DNA of 64,000 bases. Origin: Octopus sinensis (Eukaryota). The stretch is from contig NC_042997.1 of the NCBI RefSeq assembly GCF_006345805.1, positions 210,552,001 to 210,616,000 of the forward strand. Reading direction: 5' to 3'. Positions 1 to 12,397 of the stretch are shown one piece after another (position 1 is the stretch's first letter; every line of letters starts with the position of its first letter). Under the pieces are notes generated by a model. It did not search any database and had not been told where the DNA came from. It saw nothing but the letters and a program-made list of their open reading frames with translations. Made by a program: the position numbers and the translations under genes.

Positions 1-829
1 AAAAAACAACAACAAAAGTGAATTAAATAGAGCGTGGATTACAAGACAAACAACCGCAGGAGTCTTTCAACGTGCTAGAAATAACAGTAAGCTTTAATTC
101 AAACCTTACCGACTTAACAATAAATTGTATTTTTACCTCAAATTACAATGAAATGATATAACATTTATATACGATACCTGATACATGACAGGTTAGTTAG
201 GAGTGGAACGGGTTTTTTTTAATATTATTTTTATTAAGCGTGCCCAACCAGGACAGGACAAAACGACAGCTGCAACGAAGAGTGTACATAGAAACACTCA
301 ATATGCTAGAAATAGCAGCCAAATTTCCCTAAAATCACAGCTTAGTGTTTTGAAAATACTTTAAGTTTGAGGAGGGACAGCGCCCATGTCCGTCTTACCT
401 ACCTAGACCCTCTCGACAAGTGAGATTATCGCCAGTTAAACTACAGCTGCTACATCGTGAAGGGTGGAATGGTGAGTGCTGAAATCAACTCCGAGTATCA
501 GGGGAAAGGACAAAATGAGAGAGAGAGAGAGAGAGAGAATGGTGTTTGTGGATTCGCGGCAGCAGTGAGTGATTCGATGCCAATTAGCCGGGATGGCCAT
601 CCCTTGCATGTGGACTAATGTTGTAGCATTGCCTAAAATGTGAGAACATTGTTCCAGGGTTTCGCCAAAGCTCCTGTAAAGGGCTAGCGGTTTATCCGTC
701 CAATGACGGATAATCCAGAAAGAATACTTTTGCCACTATGGGTATTATCAGGAAATCTGGCAGAAATAAAATAATTATCATTTTAACTTTTAAATAAAAT
801 TTCTCAATGTTTATACAAAATCATGAAAT

Positions 830-1047
830 TCTTTTATTCTTTGATTTGTTTCAGTCATTTCACTGCGGCCATGCTGGAGCACCGCCTTTAGTCGAGCAAA
901 TCGACCCTACGACTTATTCGTTGTAAGCCTAGTACTTATTCTATCGGTCTCTTTTGCTGAACCGCTAGATTACAGGGACGTAAACAAACCAGCATCGGTT
1001 GTCAAGCGATGCTGGGAGAACAAACTCAGACACAACACACACACACA
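830..1047 (-). mobile_element. CORE-type (octopus OR-like) SINE, 3' half
   Basis: Reverse complement of the ...GGCGGTGCTCCAGCATGGCCGCAGT.AAATGACTGAAAC 3' module seen in the full copies at 6028 and 49142; ends in (CA)n. Confidence 0.8.
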
Positions 1048-2844
1048 CATCATCATCATCATCGTTTAACGTCCGCTTTCCATGCTGGCATGGGTTGGAC
1101 GGTTTGATTGAGGTCTGGAGAGCCAGATGGCTGCACCAGGCTCCAATCTGATTTGGCAATGTTTCGACAGCTAGATGCCCTTCCTAACGCCAACCACTTC
1201 AAGAGAGTAGTGGGTACTTTTTACGTGCCACCGGCACAGGCGGGTCTGGCATCGATCATGTTCATATAGTGCTTTTTACGTGCCACCGGCACGGGAGTCA
1301 GTCAAGCGGACCTGGTATCGACCACGTTCAGATTATGCATTTTACGTGCAACCAGCAGGGAAGCCAGTCAGAGGCCACTTACCACAGCTACGGTATTGGT
1401 TTTACTTGACTCAACAGGTCTTCTCAGGCATATCATATCGCCCGACGTATCAAAGGTACTCTTAACTGGGCCGGACATGCATGGCTGCCATCTCACTTTA
1501 GTTGTTGGGTATTTTCAATCACAGCGTATCTCCAAAGATATCGGTATCTTGTTATTACCTTTGTGAGACCCAATGTTCGAAGGTCATGCTTCACCACATC
1601 ATCCCATGTCTTCCTGGGTCTACCTCTTCCACAGGTTCCTTCCACAGTTAGGGAGTGACATTTCCTAGGCAGCTGCCCTCATCCATACGCAACACATGAC
1701 CATACCAGCGCAGTCACTTCTCTTGTACACCTCCAGTTTTCGCATTGACCACCAGATAAGAGATCGGGGGACCCTGTCAAAGGCTTTCTCCAAGTCAACA
1801 AATGTCAAGTACAGAGGTTTATCTTTGGTTAGGTATTTCTCCTGCTGTTGCCTTACCAGAAATATAGCATCAGTGGTGCTTCTGCCTGGCACAAAACCAA
1901 ATTGCATCTCATCTAGGCTAACCCTCTCCCTAATTAGTTGGGCTATGACCCTCTCTGTAACTTTCATCACTTGATCCAGTAATTTGATACCTCTGTAGTT
2001 ATTTCTATCTAAAGCATCACCTTTCCCCCTTGTAACAGTTTGACTATGGTGCTGCTACAGTCATTGGATATGACTCCTTTATGAACTCCCTGATTTACGA
2101 TGCGGGTGACAAGACCATAACCCACGCCACCAGATATGTTAAGCATCTCAGCAGTGATTCCTGAAGGGCCAGGTGCTTTCCCTGTCTTCATATCCTCAAT
2201 TGCTTTATCTCCCAGAGAACTGTTGATTCAGATAGCTGGTCCCTCAATTGGGTCAACCATTTGGAGACTCTCCCCCTCCCATTCATTTTCTACATTCAGC
2301 AGTCTTTCATAATGGCATCTCCAAGTCTCTTTCTTTGCAGAATCATTGAACGCAAGGGCACCATCTTCCATACGGACAAATTTCTCTCCTATGACATCAC
2401 AGCTTTCTCTCACACACTGTCTTGCAATCTGAAATACTTCAGTTCTTTGGTCCTCACCTTGCTGGTCATTGGCAAAGTTTTTCATTTCTGCTACTCTCTT
2501 GGCTACATATACCTGTCTCCTAGCTTCCCTTTTGGCTATCTGATACATTCTCCTGCCACTCCAACTCTTCCAGGCCTTCTAAGCCTTTTTCTTTGCTCTA
2601 ATGGCTCTGTCTGCAGTATTGTTCCACCACCATGTTACCCTAGGTCTCGAAGGGATTTTGCACCAGCCACAGATTTGGTCTGTGGCACTCAGCAAACTGT
2701 CTCGCAGGAATTTCCAGCTGCCTTCTATGTCACAATTCTTCCTCCCTTTCATCAAACTTCTCGGTAAGGATATCCTTAAATCTCTGACCATGTGAAGGGT
2801 TCTTAAGCTTCCAAATCCTTCTTTTCCAGACTGGTCTGCTTTTT

Positions 2845-2845
<1 letters not shown>
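1048..2845 (-). mobile_element. RTE-clade LINE copy, 5'-truncated and internally deleted
   Basis: ORF pieces match the copy at 61077 (KTGKAPGPSGITAEML; MQFGFVPGRSTTDAIFLVRQ...DLEKAFDRVPR). The sequence jumps from SMRKL directly to the C-terminal LRWYGHV region, so the RT core is deleted. The 3' UTR and (GAT)n tail end at 1048. Confidence 0.9.
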
Positions 2846-2896
<51 letters not shown>

Positions 2897-2898
<2 letters not shown>

Positions 2899-2974
2899 AC
2901 GGGCTACTTTCAGTTTCCGTCTACCAAATCCACTCACAAGCCTTTGGTCGGCCCGAGGCTAGAGAAGAAGACAC
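2897..2974 (-). mobile_element. CORE-type SINE fragment
   Basis: Matches CTTTCAGTTTCCGTCTACCAAATCCACTCACAAG, shared by all copies. Confidence 0.75.
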
Positions 2975-3934
2975 TAATTAAATCAATACCATTTTCAAGT
3001 TGTTGCTTGTTTTTCCGGCAACATATTCTTCAAAGTTACCTCTTTTAACCGGAAGCATAATGTCGGCGGCGCATCATCTTCATCACCATCTACAACAGCC
3101 GTTAGTAACCTACGGGCGGAGTCCGGCTCAAAGTCCCCGAACAAAATTCTATCTACTCGCTCCACAGCAGCTAGAAATATATGCTGGCTGATTTCGAGGT
3201 CTATATTCCGATAACCAGCGATTGTAATGGCCAAACCATTACGCTTGCTATTAGTATTTTCATTCGGTACTGTTCTGTGGAAATTCCACCGCCCATTTTG
3301 TGGTGCAGTGTCAATCAAATATCTCCCTACTCGATAGTAAAATATCCTGTTATTTCCTTTTTAATCCTTCGAGTAATTTCCAGGAAATCTTCTCTATTCT
3401 TTGCGGCTCTATTTCCTCTTCAAGCCCCCACCACACTTTTCTTTTTATCCTGACTTGTACAAAACATTCTTGCCCATCACAATCGTTCGTATTTTCTTTT
3501 CTTTCTTGACTAATACTTCTCTTTCCTTTTCCTGTAATCTCTGGCTTCGTCATACATCATACAACACCATCTAGCCGCAATTTATTCCTTTTCCCTTGAG
3601 TTCATTCCTGATTCTCACTTTATTCCTAATTATTTCTTTCTTTGCCATATTTCTAGTCTTTTTTTCCTATCTTCCCTGTTTTTCTCGATTTCATTTTCGT
3701 TGTCCGTTGTAAACCACCAAACTCCATTTCGGTAATAAAACAATTTAAGAAGCATTTGATATTATATAGTTGGTAACACCTGTATCTAAAATATTTCGTT
3801 ATACATCTTTTATGAAGAAAGTTAGTAATATAAAGATAACAGAAGTGACAGGTGTTCGATTTTCACGAGCTGCTCTATGGTACGTGCACTAAATCGTCAG
3901 GTAAATAGTGTGAGAGAGAGAGAGAGATAGAGAG

Positions 3935-4774
3935 TATTTCTTTATTCACCATAAGGTTGAGAAAAAGAGGGGACAAAACAAACGTTGGGGTCAGGGTATC
4001 GAATGAGACGAAACATGAATAAACAAACAATTAATATATATATACAATTAAATGAGAATGAACGATTAGCACAAAATGAAGCGGAGGACGCGGTCGACCC
4101 CACAAACCACATACTCACACTGAAGACTTTGCTTTATCCTTTTTTACATTCTCGATTAAACAGGTTCTTTCATTCGCAACATACTTGCTATAGACCTCCG
4201 TCTTTTACGAAACACACTTTGCGACAGGCATTTCTTCTCCAGCCTTATTTTCCGTTTCATGTGGAAAACGAAAAAGTCGATTAGCTCGAGACTGGAGATA
4301 AACATGCCTGTTGCAATTCCTTTTACTCTCGTCTTCCACACTACTTCTTTCGCCATAGCAACTACCGAAATAAAACATGCTCGCTCCTCCCTATTCAGGA
4401 AGGTCGGCGGAACTATCTTAATTACAGATTCGCTCGACAGTTGTACTCTTCTCGAATGCGACAGCAGGTGTTCGACATAAGCCCAGAGTTCAGTCACCTT
4501 GGGGCATTGCACAATCGCGTGCAGGACAGTTTTACTGTCCCTCTTACATCTTGCACAAACCGGCGAAGGTGCACACCCATGTCTAAAAAGCTTATCTCGA
4601 ACCGGTAAAGGTCCTCTGTAACATTGCCAGGCCAGGGACTTTTGGTAATTATCCATAGGCCCCGGACCGAATGTTCTTTGGAACAGGCAGGCCAGTTGAT
4701 TTTCGTCGAAGCCCAGGGTTTCTCCCAGGACGTCGTCACACTTAAACTCTACTAACCCTCTATAGAAGAACGAG
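3935..4774 (-). mobile_element. Tx1/L1-clade LINE 3' end (zf-RVT domain plus 3' UTR)
   Basis: ORF 4156-4656 (frame open upstream to about 4770) has CARC-x8-HAIVQC (CCHC zf-RVT), LAWQCYRGPLPV and AKEVVWKTR, typical of L1/Tx1 ORF2 C-termini. AATAAAG then (TC)n at the 3' end. Confidence 0.8.
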
Positions 4775-5975
4775 GAGAGAGAGAGAGGAAGTCAAGCAAA
4801 CGCTATTGGCGCCTGCACACAAACACATACGAACGCTAATGGCTTGCTCACATATACACATCTCCCACACACATATATACAGCATTCGTATATGAGTATG
4901 CGTAAGTGTACACGTACCAGTAGCGTTTATTTGAATCTCTCTCACACATACACACACACTGTTACAATCTTCTTTCCGCAGCATGACAAATTTTTTACAC
5001 CACAGGAATCTATCATTAGCACTTTAATGTAAAAGACATAGACATAGGTATCTGAAACCATTGATTGCCTGTCACAATACCACTACTAAAACCCATCAAC
5101 CCAACCATCCATTCATCCATCCAACCATTTATCCGTCCATCTCTGGTGACACCAAAATATATCAACCAAGTGTTCAAAAGTGAACAACACCCCACAGTAG
5201 TCAACTCTTGAAGTGCACACTTCCCAATTACCTCCTATGCGACTCAACAATTGTTACACTAATGAACCACAAGGAAAACCTGGAAAAGAAACACTGCATA
5301 CCGTAAAAATGGTTAAGCATAGATAGGTCCCCGCCCCATAAACTTGATGACGATGCCAACAGTAACCTTGCCTGGAATCGTGAACCCCACACCAAGACAC
5401 ATTTCAAAGATGTGCAGCCCAAGAACAAGAGTTAACTACAGATTTCTTAAAGAACAAAAAGATAATGAAGATCTTCAACCCCGCTAAGATGTGACCAAAA
5501 TGATTGATTTTGTCATATTTAAATGTAAGATCTTGCGTTCAACAGCTGCCAAAAAGTGTCATAAAAGTAATAGTAGGAGTAGTATTAGTAGTAGTATGGG
5601 GGAATGTGATGCCCTACTAATCCTGACAGATGGCACCTTTGCGCCACTCAGGCAGCAACCCTTCAACTCATGGATCTGTTTTGGTAGTCGTTGCTGATGA
5701 GGGTTTAACGGGGTCGGAGTGCAAATCCTACTTCAACCTCTTTTAGTCGCCTTTTACGATACGCAGAAGAAACTCTGGGTCTATTTTTTGACAAGCTGGT
5801 CCTCACACAGTACTTGAGTGATGTGAAATGGACACAAGACACTGCTCGGTCCGGGGATTGAACACACGATCTGGTGGTTATCAAACTATTAGCTTTTATT
5901 GCTGAATGATATTGTACCAACAGTACGAAGGAATAACGTTGGATACGTAGAAAATAGATGTGTGTGTGTGTGTGT

Positions 5976-6021
<46 letters not shown>

Positions 6022-6027
6022 TGTATA

Positions 6028-6198
6028 GGCGCAGGCGTGGCTGTGTGGTAAGACGCTTGCTTCTCAACTACATGGTTCTAGGTTCAGTCCCACTGCGTGG
6101 CACCTTGAGCAAGTGTCTTCTACTATAGCCTCAAGCCGACCAAAGCCTTGTGAGTAGATTTGGTAGGCGGAAACTGAAAGAAGCCCGTCGTATATATG

Positions 6199-6230
<32 letters not shown>

Positions 6231-6447
6231 CGTGTGTGTGTGTGTTTATGTGTCTGTGTTTGTCCACTCAACCATCGCTTGACAGCTGATGTTGGTGTGG
6301 TTAAGTCCCCGTAACGTAACGGTTCGGCAAAAAGAGCCCGATAGAATAAGTACTAAGCTTACAAAGAATAAGTCCTGGGGATCGATTTGTTCGACTAAAG
6401 GCAGTGCTCCAGCATGGCCGCAGTCAAATGACTGAAGCAAATAAAAG
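6028..6447 (+). mobile_element. Full-length CORE-type (OR-like) SINE
   Basis: tRNA-like head GGCGCAGGCGTGGCTGTGTGGTAAG...GGTTCAGTCCC, CORE-like GGCACCTTGAGCAAGTG, central (TA)n(TG)n, 3' module. Confidence 0.85.
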
Positions 6448-6606
6448 CATTTGTACGAAAATGAGGAATATTGGTGGAAAATTCCCGTTAAATCGTGATA
6501 TCGTTGAGAGAGAAAAAGAAAAACCTGGCAGTCACAGAAGTCAGCTGATCCACAGTTTTGGACATCATCTTCCAAAATACGCAGCAAGGAGAATATTTAT
6601 GGAGAA

Positions 6607-6920
6607 CGAGTGGCACGTAAAAAGCACCATCCGTTCGTGGCCGTTGCCAGCCTCGCCTGGTCCCCGTGCCGGTGGCACGTAAAAAGCACCATCCGTCCGT
6701 GGCCGTTTGCCAGCTCCGTCTGGCACCTGTGCGGGTGGCACGTAAAAAGCACCCACTACACTCACGGAGTGGTTGGCGTTAGGAAGGGCATCCAGCCGTA
6801 GAAACACTGCCAGATCAGACTGGGCCTGATGCAGCCTTCTGGCTTCACAGACCCCAGTTGAACCGTCCAACCCATGCCAGCATGGAAAGCGGACGCTAAA
6901 TGATGATGATGATGATGATG
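6607..6920 (+). mobile_element. RTE LINE 3' UTR fragment with (GAT)n tail
   Basis: Three GTGGCACGTAAAAAGCACC units, then GGTTGGCGTTAGGAAGGGCATCCAG, matching 63620-64000; (GAT)n tail. Confidence 0.85.
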
Positions 6921-7246
6921 AGTTCGAAGCTTACAGCATCTCCATCCTGATTATAAATTCATAATTATACCAGTAATTATTGGAGCGATCGGTTATGTCA
7001 GGGGAAGCCTATTCCACCATCTGAAAAAGCTTAGAATATTCAGGTAAAGTGACGAAAGCCACTTTACATTATCTGTAAGAGGAACTGTAAAAGTGTGCAA
7101 GTCTTTTCGAATGTTTAGTATGTCAATTTTCCGATGTAGCCTCACTTATATATCAGAAAGCAGCTTCGTCGATATAGGAAAAATTCAAATAATTCTTTTA
7201 AAAGGGGACACACACACTCACGATTCAATGAGGGAGCCTCTACGCA

Positions 7247-7298
<52 letters not shown>

Positions 7299-7336
7299 AT
7301 GGAAAGGATGACCTCACATTTATATTTAAACTTGAA

Positions 7337-7575
7337 TATTTAAAGGCGGCGAGCTGGCAGAAACGTTAGCGTGCCGGGCGAAATGCGTAGCCGTATTTCG
7401 TCTGCCGTTACGTTCTGAGTTCAAATTCCGCCGAGGTCTACTTTGCCTTTCATCCTTTCGGGGTCGATTAAATAAGTACCAGTTACGCACTGGGGTCGAT
7501 ATAATCGACTTAATCCCTTTGTCTGTCCTTGTTTGTCTCCTCTATGTTTAGCCCCTTGTGGACAATAAAGAAATA
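7337..7575 (+). mobile_element. Meta-domain-like SINE with 16-bp TSD
   Basis: AAGGCGGCGAGCTGGCAG head; GTC.ACTTTGCCTTTCATCCTTTCGGGGTCGAT..AATAAGTACC resembles the MetaSINE domain (recalled, not searched). TATATTTAAACTTGAA duplicated at 7321-7336 and 7576-7591. Confidence 0.8.
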
Positions 7576-8000
7576 TATATTTAAACTTGAAACCTCCCGA
7601 AGACAAGTCTGTGAAATCCCATAAAAAAAACCCACCCACTGTTTCAGTCTGAATACCAAAACAATAACATTTATTATGATAATGTGTTTGTTCTTCGTTA
7701 CGTAAATGAAATTGGGTTAAAGTAGGAGGTGGCTAGAAAGTGTATGGGTTGCAGTGGGAGACATTTCACTTGTGACACAGTATACTACTTATTGTAAAAT
7801 GTACTTCTGGAAAATAAAAGACTTTAATTGTGTGCGAGCGAGAATCTATAAATCGTCGTCGTCGTCGTCATCATTTAACGTCCATTTTTCCGTGCTGGCA
7901 ATGAACACCAAAAAGAAGACAACACCGGGGGGGGGGACATGCGTGAATACGAAATTAAATAAGTGACAAAGGAATAAGAAGTCACATCATGAACTTCATT

Positions 8001-8081
8001 AGCTTACAGCTGTTTCGGCTATGAGGTGCAATGCACTCATAGTTGAGTGCTTGTGTATCACCCTAAAGCTTCATCGGAGTT
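8001..8081 (-). ncRNA. Degenerate hammerhead-like motif (Penelope-type repeat)
   Basis: Minus strand reads act-CCGATGA...GAAAC-AGCT-GTA-ag; stem II is disrupted by an insertion. Confidence 0.35.
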
Positions 8082-8479
8082 GATTTTATATATACTACTA
8101 CTACTACTACTACTAATATAGGATGAAGTTTTTTTTACAGAAAAAAATTTCATCAAATAAGTGGCAGCATATTAAAATACCTTTAAAGGTTAAAATTATA
8201 AAGAACTTATAAACAAGGGCAAAAGAAAATTATTTCTGTTATCAACATATTGGCATAGAAATAAATTTTCTTTTGCCCTTGTTTATAAGTTGTATCTATA
8301 TATATGTGTGTGTGTGTGTGTGTACATATATATATGATAATGGATCTGATGAACAAGGTCTGATTTAGGCCCTAATAACAACAACACATACAAACATCAA
8401 TAAACCCCTCTTTGTCCCCTTAAAATTATTACTTTCCATACTATTAACCGCATCTATACTCTAGTTTGAATGTGTGTGT

Positions 8480-9530
8480 GTGTGAGGAGGGTAAGGCAAG
8501 GAGGCATCTTTTAGTCTTGCGGTTTCCTGGATTCACATCTGCAATGTGTTGTTTCGGTATTGTTAGCAGAACATCGTCTGCTGCCACTATAGGAAACCCA
8601 CGTGCAAATGCCAGTCCCGACTGTAGTGTCTACACTGGAAGCCGCTGTTTGTTAGTCTTGTCCTGGGCTTGCTTTTTGTTTTCCTTCATCACTTAGCCGC
8701 TGCCTCTCGTCTTTTTAAACTGTTGTCTACTTCCAGTCTCCAACAGAAGCAATCATCAGCAATGTCCGTCCTCTTTTCAGCTAATTTATATAAAGAGACT
8801 TCACGTCGCTCTTGAAACCAAGAAGGGGGTCATCTTTTTGTTGTTTTACTGGAAGCCATTTCACGATATAGCAGGTCTCTTTTGGGATCCTCACATCTGA
8901 CAACATCTTGAGTGTAGGTAAACACCATGTTCCAAAGATGTAGTCCAGCACAACAGCAAAGAAGATGCCAAAGACGGTGAGGGCAAGCACACAACCGCGT
9001 TTCACTCCACTGCAAATGCAGCAGAGTTCCGAGGAAGAACAATTAAAACTGAATATCTATTTCTTTACTACCCACAAGGGGCTAAACACAGAGAGGACAA
9101 ACAAGGACAGACAAACGGATTAAGTCGATTATATCGACCCCAGTGCGTAACTGGTACTTATTTAAATCGACCCCGAAAGGATGAAAGGCAAAGTCGACTT
9201 CGGCGGAATTTGAACTCAGAACGTAACGACAGACGAAATACCTATTTCGCCCGGCGTGCTAACGTTTCTGCCAGCTCGCCGCCTTCTAAAAACTGAATAC
9301 CGCCTTCCAAGTGGAATGAGTAGAGTTGGCGGACATCCGATCTAAGCAAAAATTCTGAACTGGCTTTCTCTGTTCACAATGTTGAAGGCGTCCATGAGGT
9401 CAACAAAAGCCATGTAGAATGGTTGCCTTTGCACTCAGCATTTTTCTTGTAATTGTCTTAAGAAGATCATGTCAATAATGGAGACTTTTGAAACCGTACT
9501 GGGACTCGAGACATATACACTTTCAGCGAG
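8480..9530 (-). pseudogene. Decayed BovB-like RTE LINE fragments (RT and C-terminus), interrupted by a SINE
   Basis: Minus-strand translations IDMIFLRQLQEKC..QRQPFYMAFVDL..AF...IGCPPTLL (9290-9530), GCVLALTVFGIFFAVVL (8950-9005), and an SRRCSA-like end (8500-8650). Confidence 0.75.
9056..9286 (-). mobile_element. Meta-domain-like SINE with 11-bp TSD
   Basis: Same family as 7337; AAAACTGAATA at 9045-9055 and 9289-9299. Confidence 0.85.
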
Positions 9531-9653
9531 GTGTGTATGTGTGTGCACTGTTCCTCACGTGAAAGGTTTTGAGTAATCCATCAGTTTGATGTTAAATTAT
9601 TTCCATATATAACTTCGCATAAAAGCAAACGATATGTGTGTATGTATACACAC

Positions 9654-9724
<71 letters not shown>

Positions 9725-9897
9725 GTGTAGGTGTGTGTATATATATCCTTTAATTTCGTTTATGGGAAATGGTTTGAATATGCATATAAAAGCTGCTGTT
9801 CTATAATGCCAGCTACAGTCTAACGATGCCAACTAGCAATACCAGTTGTGCCGATGTAGTTTAGGATAGATATAGTAATAACAATAATAATCCTTGG

Positions 9898-10144
9898 ATG
9901 GGATTTATAAATATTTTTATGCATCGCTACGCACATTTCTACAAATCGCATGTTTCTTACGATCATAGTCCGTATTTCTGAGATGATCCGTAGTATCCAT
10001 GGACATCGAGTAGATCATACCCAATGTCCATGGATACTACGAACTGCACTATAAATCACCCCAGAAATACGGACTATGATCGTAAGAAACATGTGATTTG
10101 TGGAAACGCGCATAGCGATGCATTAAAATATTTATAAATTCCAT
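9898..10144. repeat. Nested inverted repeat (fold-back / MITE-like)
   Basis: About 83-bp arms (9898-9980 and 10062-10144) with few mismatches; inner 18-bp CGTAGTATCCATGGACAT / ATGTCCATGGATACTACG. Confidence 0.85.
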
Positions 10145-10395
10145 ACATCTCCACACACAACTCGCTTAACAATGAAGCCTTCGACACCATCCTCCAAAAC
10201 ATTCCTCTTCTGAAAAGAGACCACAGAATGAACCTAATTCTCCAAGCGCACACCATCATAAAGAGCAAAAGATTGCCCAAATCTATGAAAAGTCTCCTAA
10301 CAGAAGCCTGAATGCGCTCGACAACAACACTGAAGTCATCAGTAAAAAATGCCGATTAACTAACTGTGGTATACGCGTCAACCTAATTGAGTAAC
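10139..10395 (+). pseudogene. Penelope-like element ORF fragment (RT to GIY-YIG linker)
   Basis: IPYISTHNSLNNEAFDTILQNIPLLKRD...IIKSKRLPKSMKSLLTEA...VK.CRLTNC matches the PLE linker pattern (STYNP...KSKRQP.NLK.LL.RA...KC...C). Confidence 0.7.
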
Positions 10396-11306
10396 ATCAC
10401 ATGTAGCTTGCGTCCAACGGTGTATGCTTTAGCACATGTAGTGTCTACAGGGGTATCACGAACACATGTCGTTTGTCTCTAGTTGTGCCATTGTTTAACA
10501 TGTAGCTTATTTGCAGCGATGCTCTTATTTAACCCCCATGTAGTCTCTAATCATATCACTACATATCGTCTGACTAGGTTATGAAACACCATCAGCTCTA
10601 TCCAAAATATACTTTATTCGTTTTCCAATATAATTAAATTTCGTCACAGAGGACTCATTGTTTTCTTAACTCTGAAACTTCATTACGAACATTTCGTCTC
10701 ATAAATTTCTTTAGTTCCAAAGCAACAGAGAAATAACAAACAAGTTGTCCCTATTTTCTACTCAAACGAAATCATTTCCTCCTCTTCCTTCTACACTGGT
10801 TGTTTATCTCATTTATTTATCTCTTATCTCTGTTTATCTCCATATCTCTCCTAATATCTGTGTCACTAAACAATCTCAGGTAAGTTCTTTGTAAGCCCAG
10901 TGGCTGCTCAGGCAGAGAGACTGTGTCAAATAAACAGACCAACGCACTTATTAATGATAAATTAGACATGGCAGACTACAATAAATGTTTCAGTGTCTAA
11001 GATCGCTTCTCGTTGTAGTTTCTCTGAATCGCAATTACAATTTCCGGACTGTTAATCTCCTCTTTGGAGTATTTATTTAAAATATTTATATCTACAGGTG
11101 GGACCGTCCACTTATCCAGGAATAAAGCGTAGGCTTACGATCGGAAATTGGAAAATAGTGTAGATATGAATATTGTAAATAAAGACGACCAGGTTGAGAT
11201 TGATAGTAACTTGGAAGTCTTCATGTAACATTTTGGTAGATTTCCTACAGCTGGATGCCCTTCCTGTCACCAACCATCCACCGGTTTCCAAACACACCCA
11301 CATATT

Positions 11307-11669
11307 GTGGAGGCGCAATGGCCCAATGGTTTGGGCAGCAGACTCGTGGTCATAGGATCACGGTTTCGATTCCCAAACCGGGCGTTGTGAGTATTTATTG
11401 AACGAAAACATTTAAAGCTCCACGAGGCTCCGGCAGGGGCTGGTGGCGAACCCTGCTGTATTCTTTCACCCTCAACTTTCTCTCATTCTTTCTTCCTGTT
11501 TCTGTTATACCTGTATTTCAAAAGGGCCAGCCTTGTCACATTCTGTGTCACGCTGAATCTCCACGAGAACTACGTTAAGGGTACACGCGTCTGTGGAGTG
11601 CTCAGCCACTTGCACGTTAATTTCAAAACAAGCAGGCTTTTCCGTTGATCGGATCAATTGGAACCCTCG

Positions 11670-11670
<1 letters not shown>
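11307..11670 (+). mobile_element. tRNA-headed SINE, third family
   Basis: GGAGGCGCAATGGCCCAATGGTT...GGTTTCGATTCCC (A/B-box-like); homologous inverted copy at 12398-12746. Confidence 0.75.
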
Positions 11671-11702
<32 letters not shown>

Positions 11703-11703
<1 letters not shown>

Positions 11704-12096
11704 TCTTTTACTTGTTTCAGTCATTTGACTGCGGCCATGCTGGAGCACCGCCTTTTAGTCAAGTAAATCGACCCCGGGACTTATTCTTTGTAAGCCCAGT
11801 ACTTATTCTATCGGTCTCTTTTGCCGAACCGCTAAGTGACGGGGACGTAAACACACCAGCATCGGTTGTCAAGCAATGCTAGGGGGACAAACACAGACAC
11901 ACAAACACATACACACACATACATATACATATATACGACGGGCTTCTTTCAGTTTCCGTCTACCAAATCCACTCACAAGGCATTGGTCGGCCCGGGGCTA
12001 TAGTAGAAGACACTTGCCCAAGATGCCACGCAGTGGGACTGAACCCGGAACCATGTGGTTGGTTAGCAAGCTACTTACCACACAGCCACTCCTGTG
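11703..12096 (-). mobile_element. Full-length CORE-type SINE
   Basis: Complete reverse-complement copy of the 49142 element. Confidence 0.85.
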
Positions 12097-12397
12097 ATTT
12101 TATTTTCAATCTTCTAAATAAATGAAGATTTTTCTTCCATATTCTACAAAACGGAAAGTTATATTGTGGAACAGTCATTTTAACGAGTTGTATTTATTTA
12201 TTTATCACACGGCGAGATACATCTGCACCACCGGATACTCCCGAACCAGTTGTTGAGTGTCCCACTCAAGAGGAATCGATGCTGGATGTGTCTAAACACT
12301 TGTCGTGATTAATAATAAATACTTGTATATTCCATCTTCCGTTTTACATTTGCCATATATATATATATATATATGTTTATATATATATATATAAACA

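Noticed and set aside
361-480. Open frame ending at ATG|GTGAGT as a possible exon (similarly 12216-12308 and 39880-40030)
   Set aside because: Acceptors are weak or absent and no homology is recognisable; such signals are expected by chance in 64 kb.
11307-11380. tRNA-like heads of SINEs as tRNA genes
   Set aside because: They have no complete cloverleaf or acceptor stem and continue into SINE bodies.
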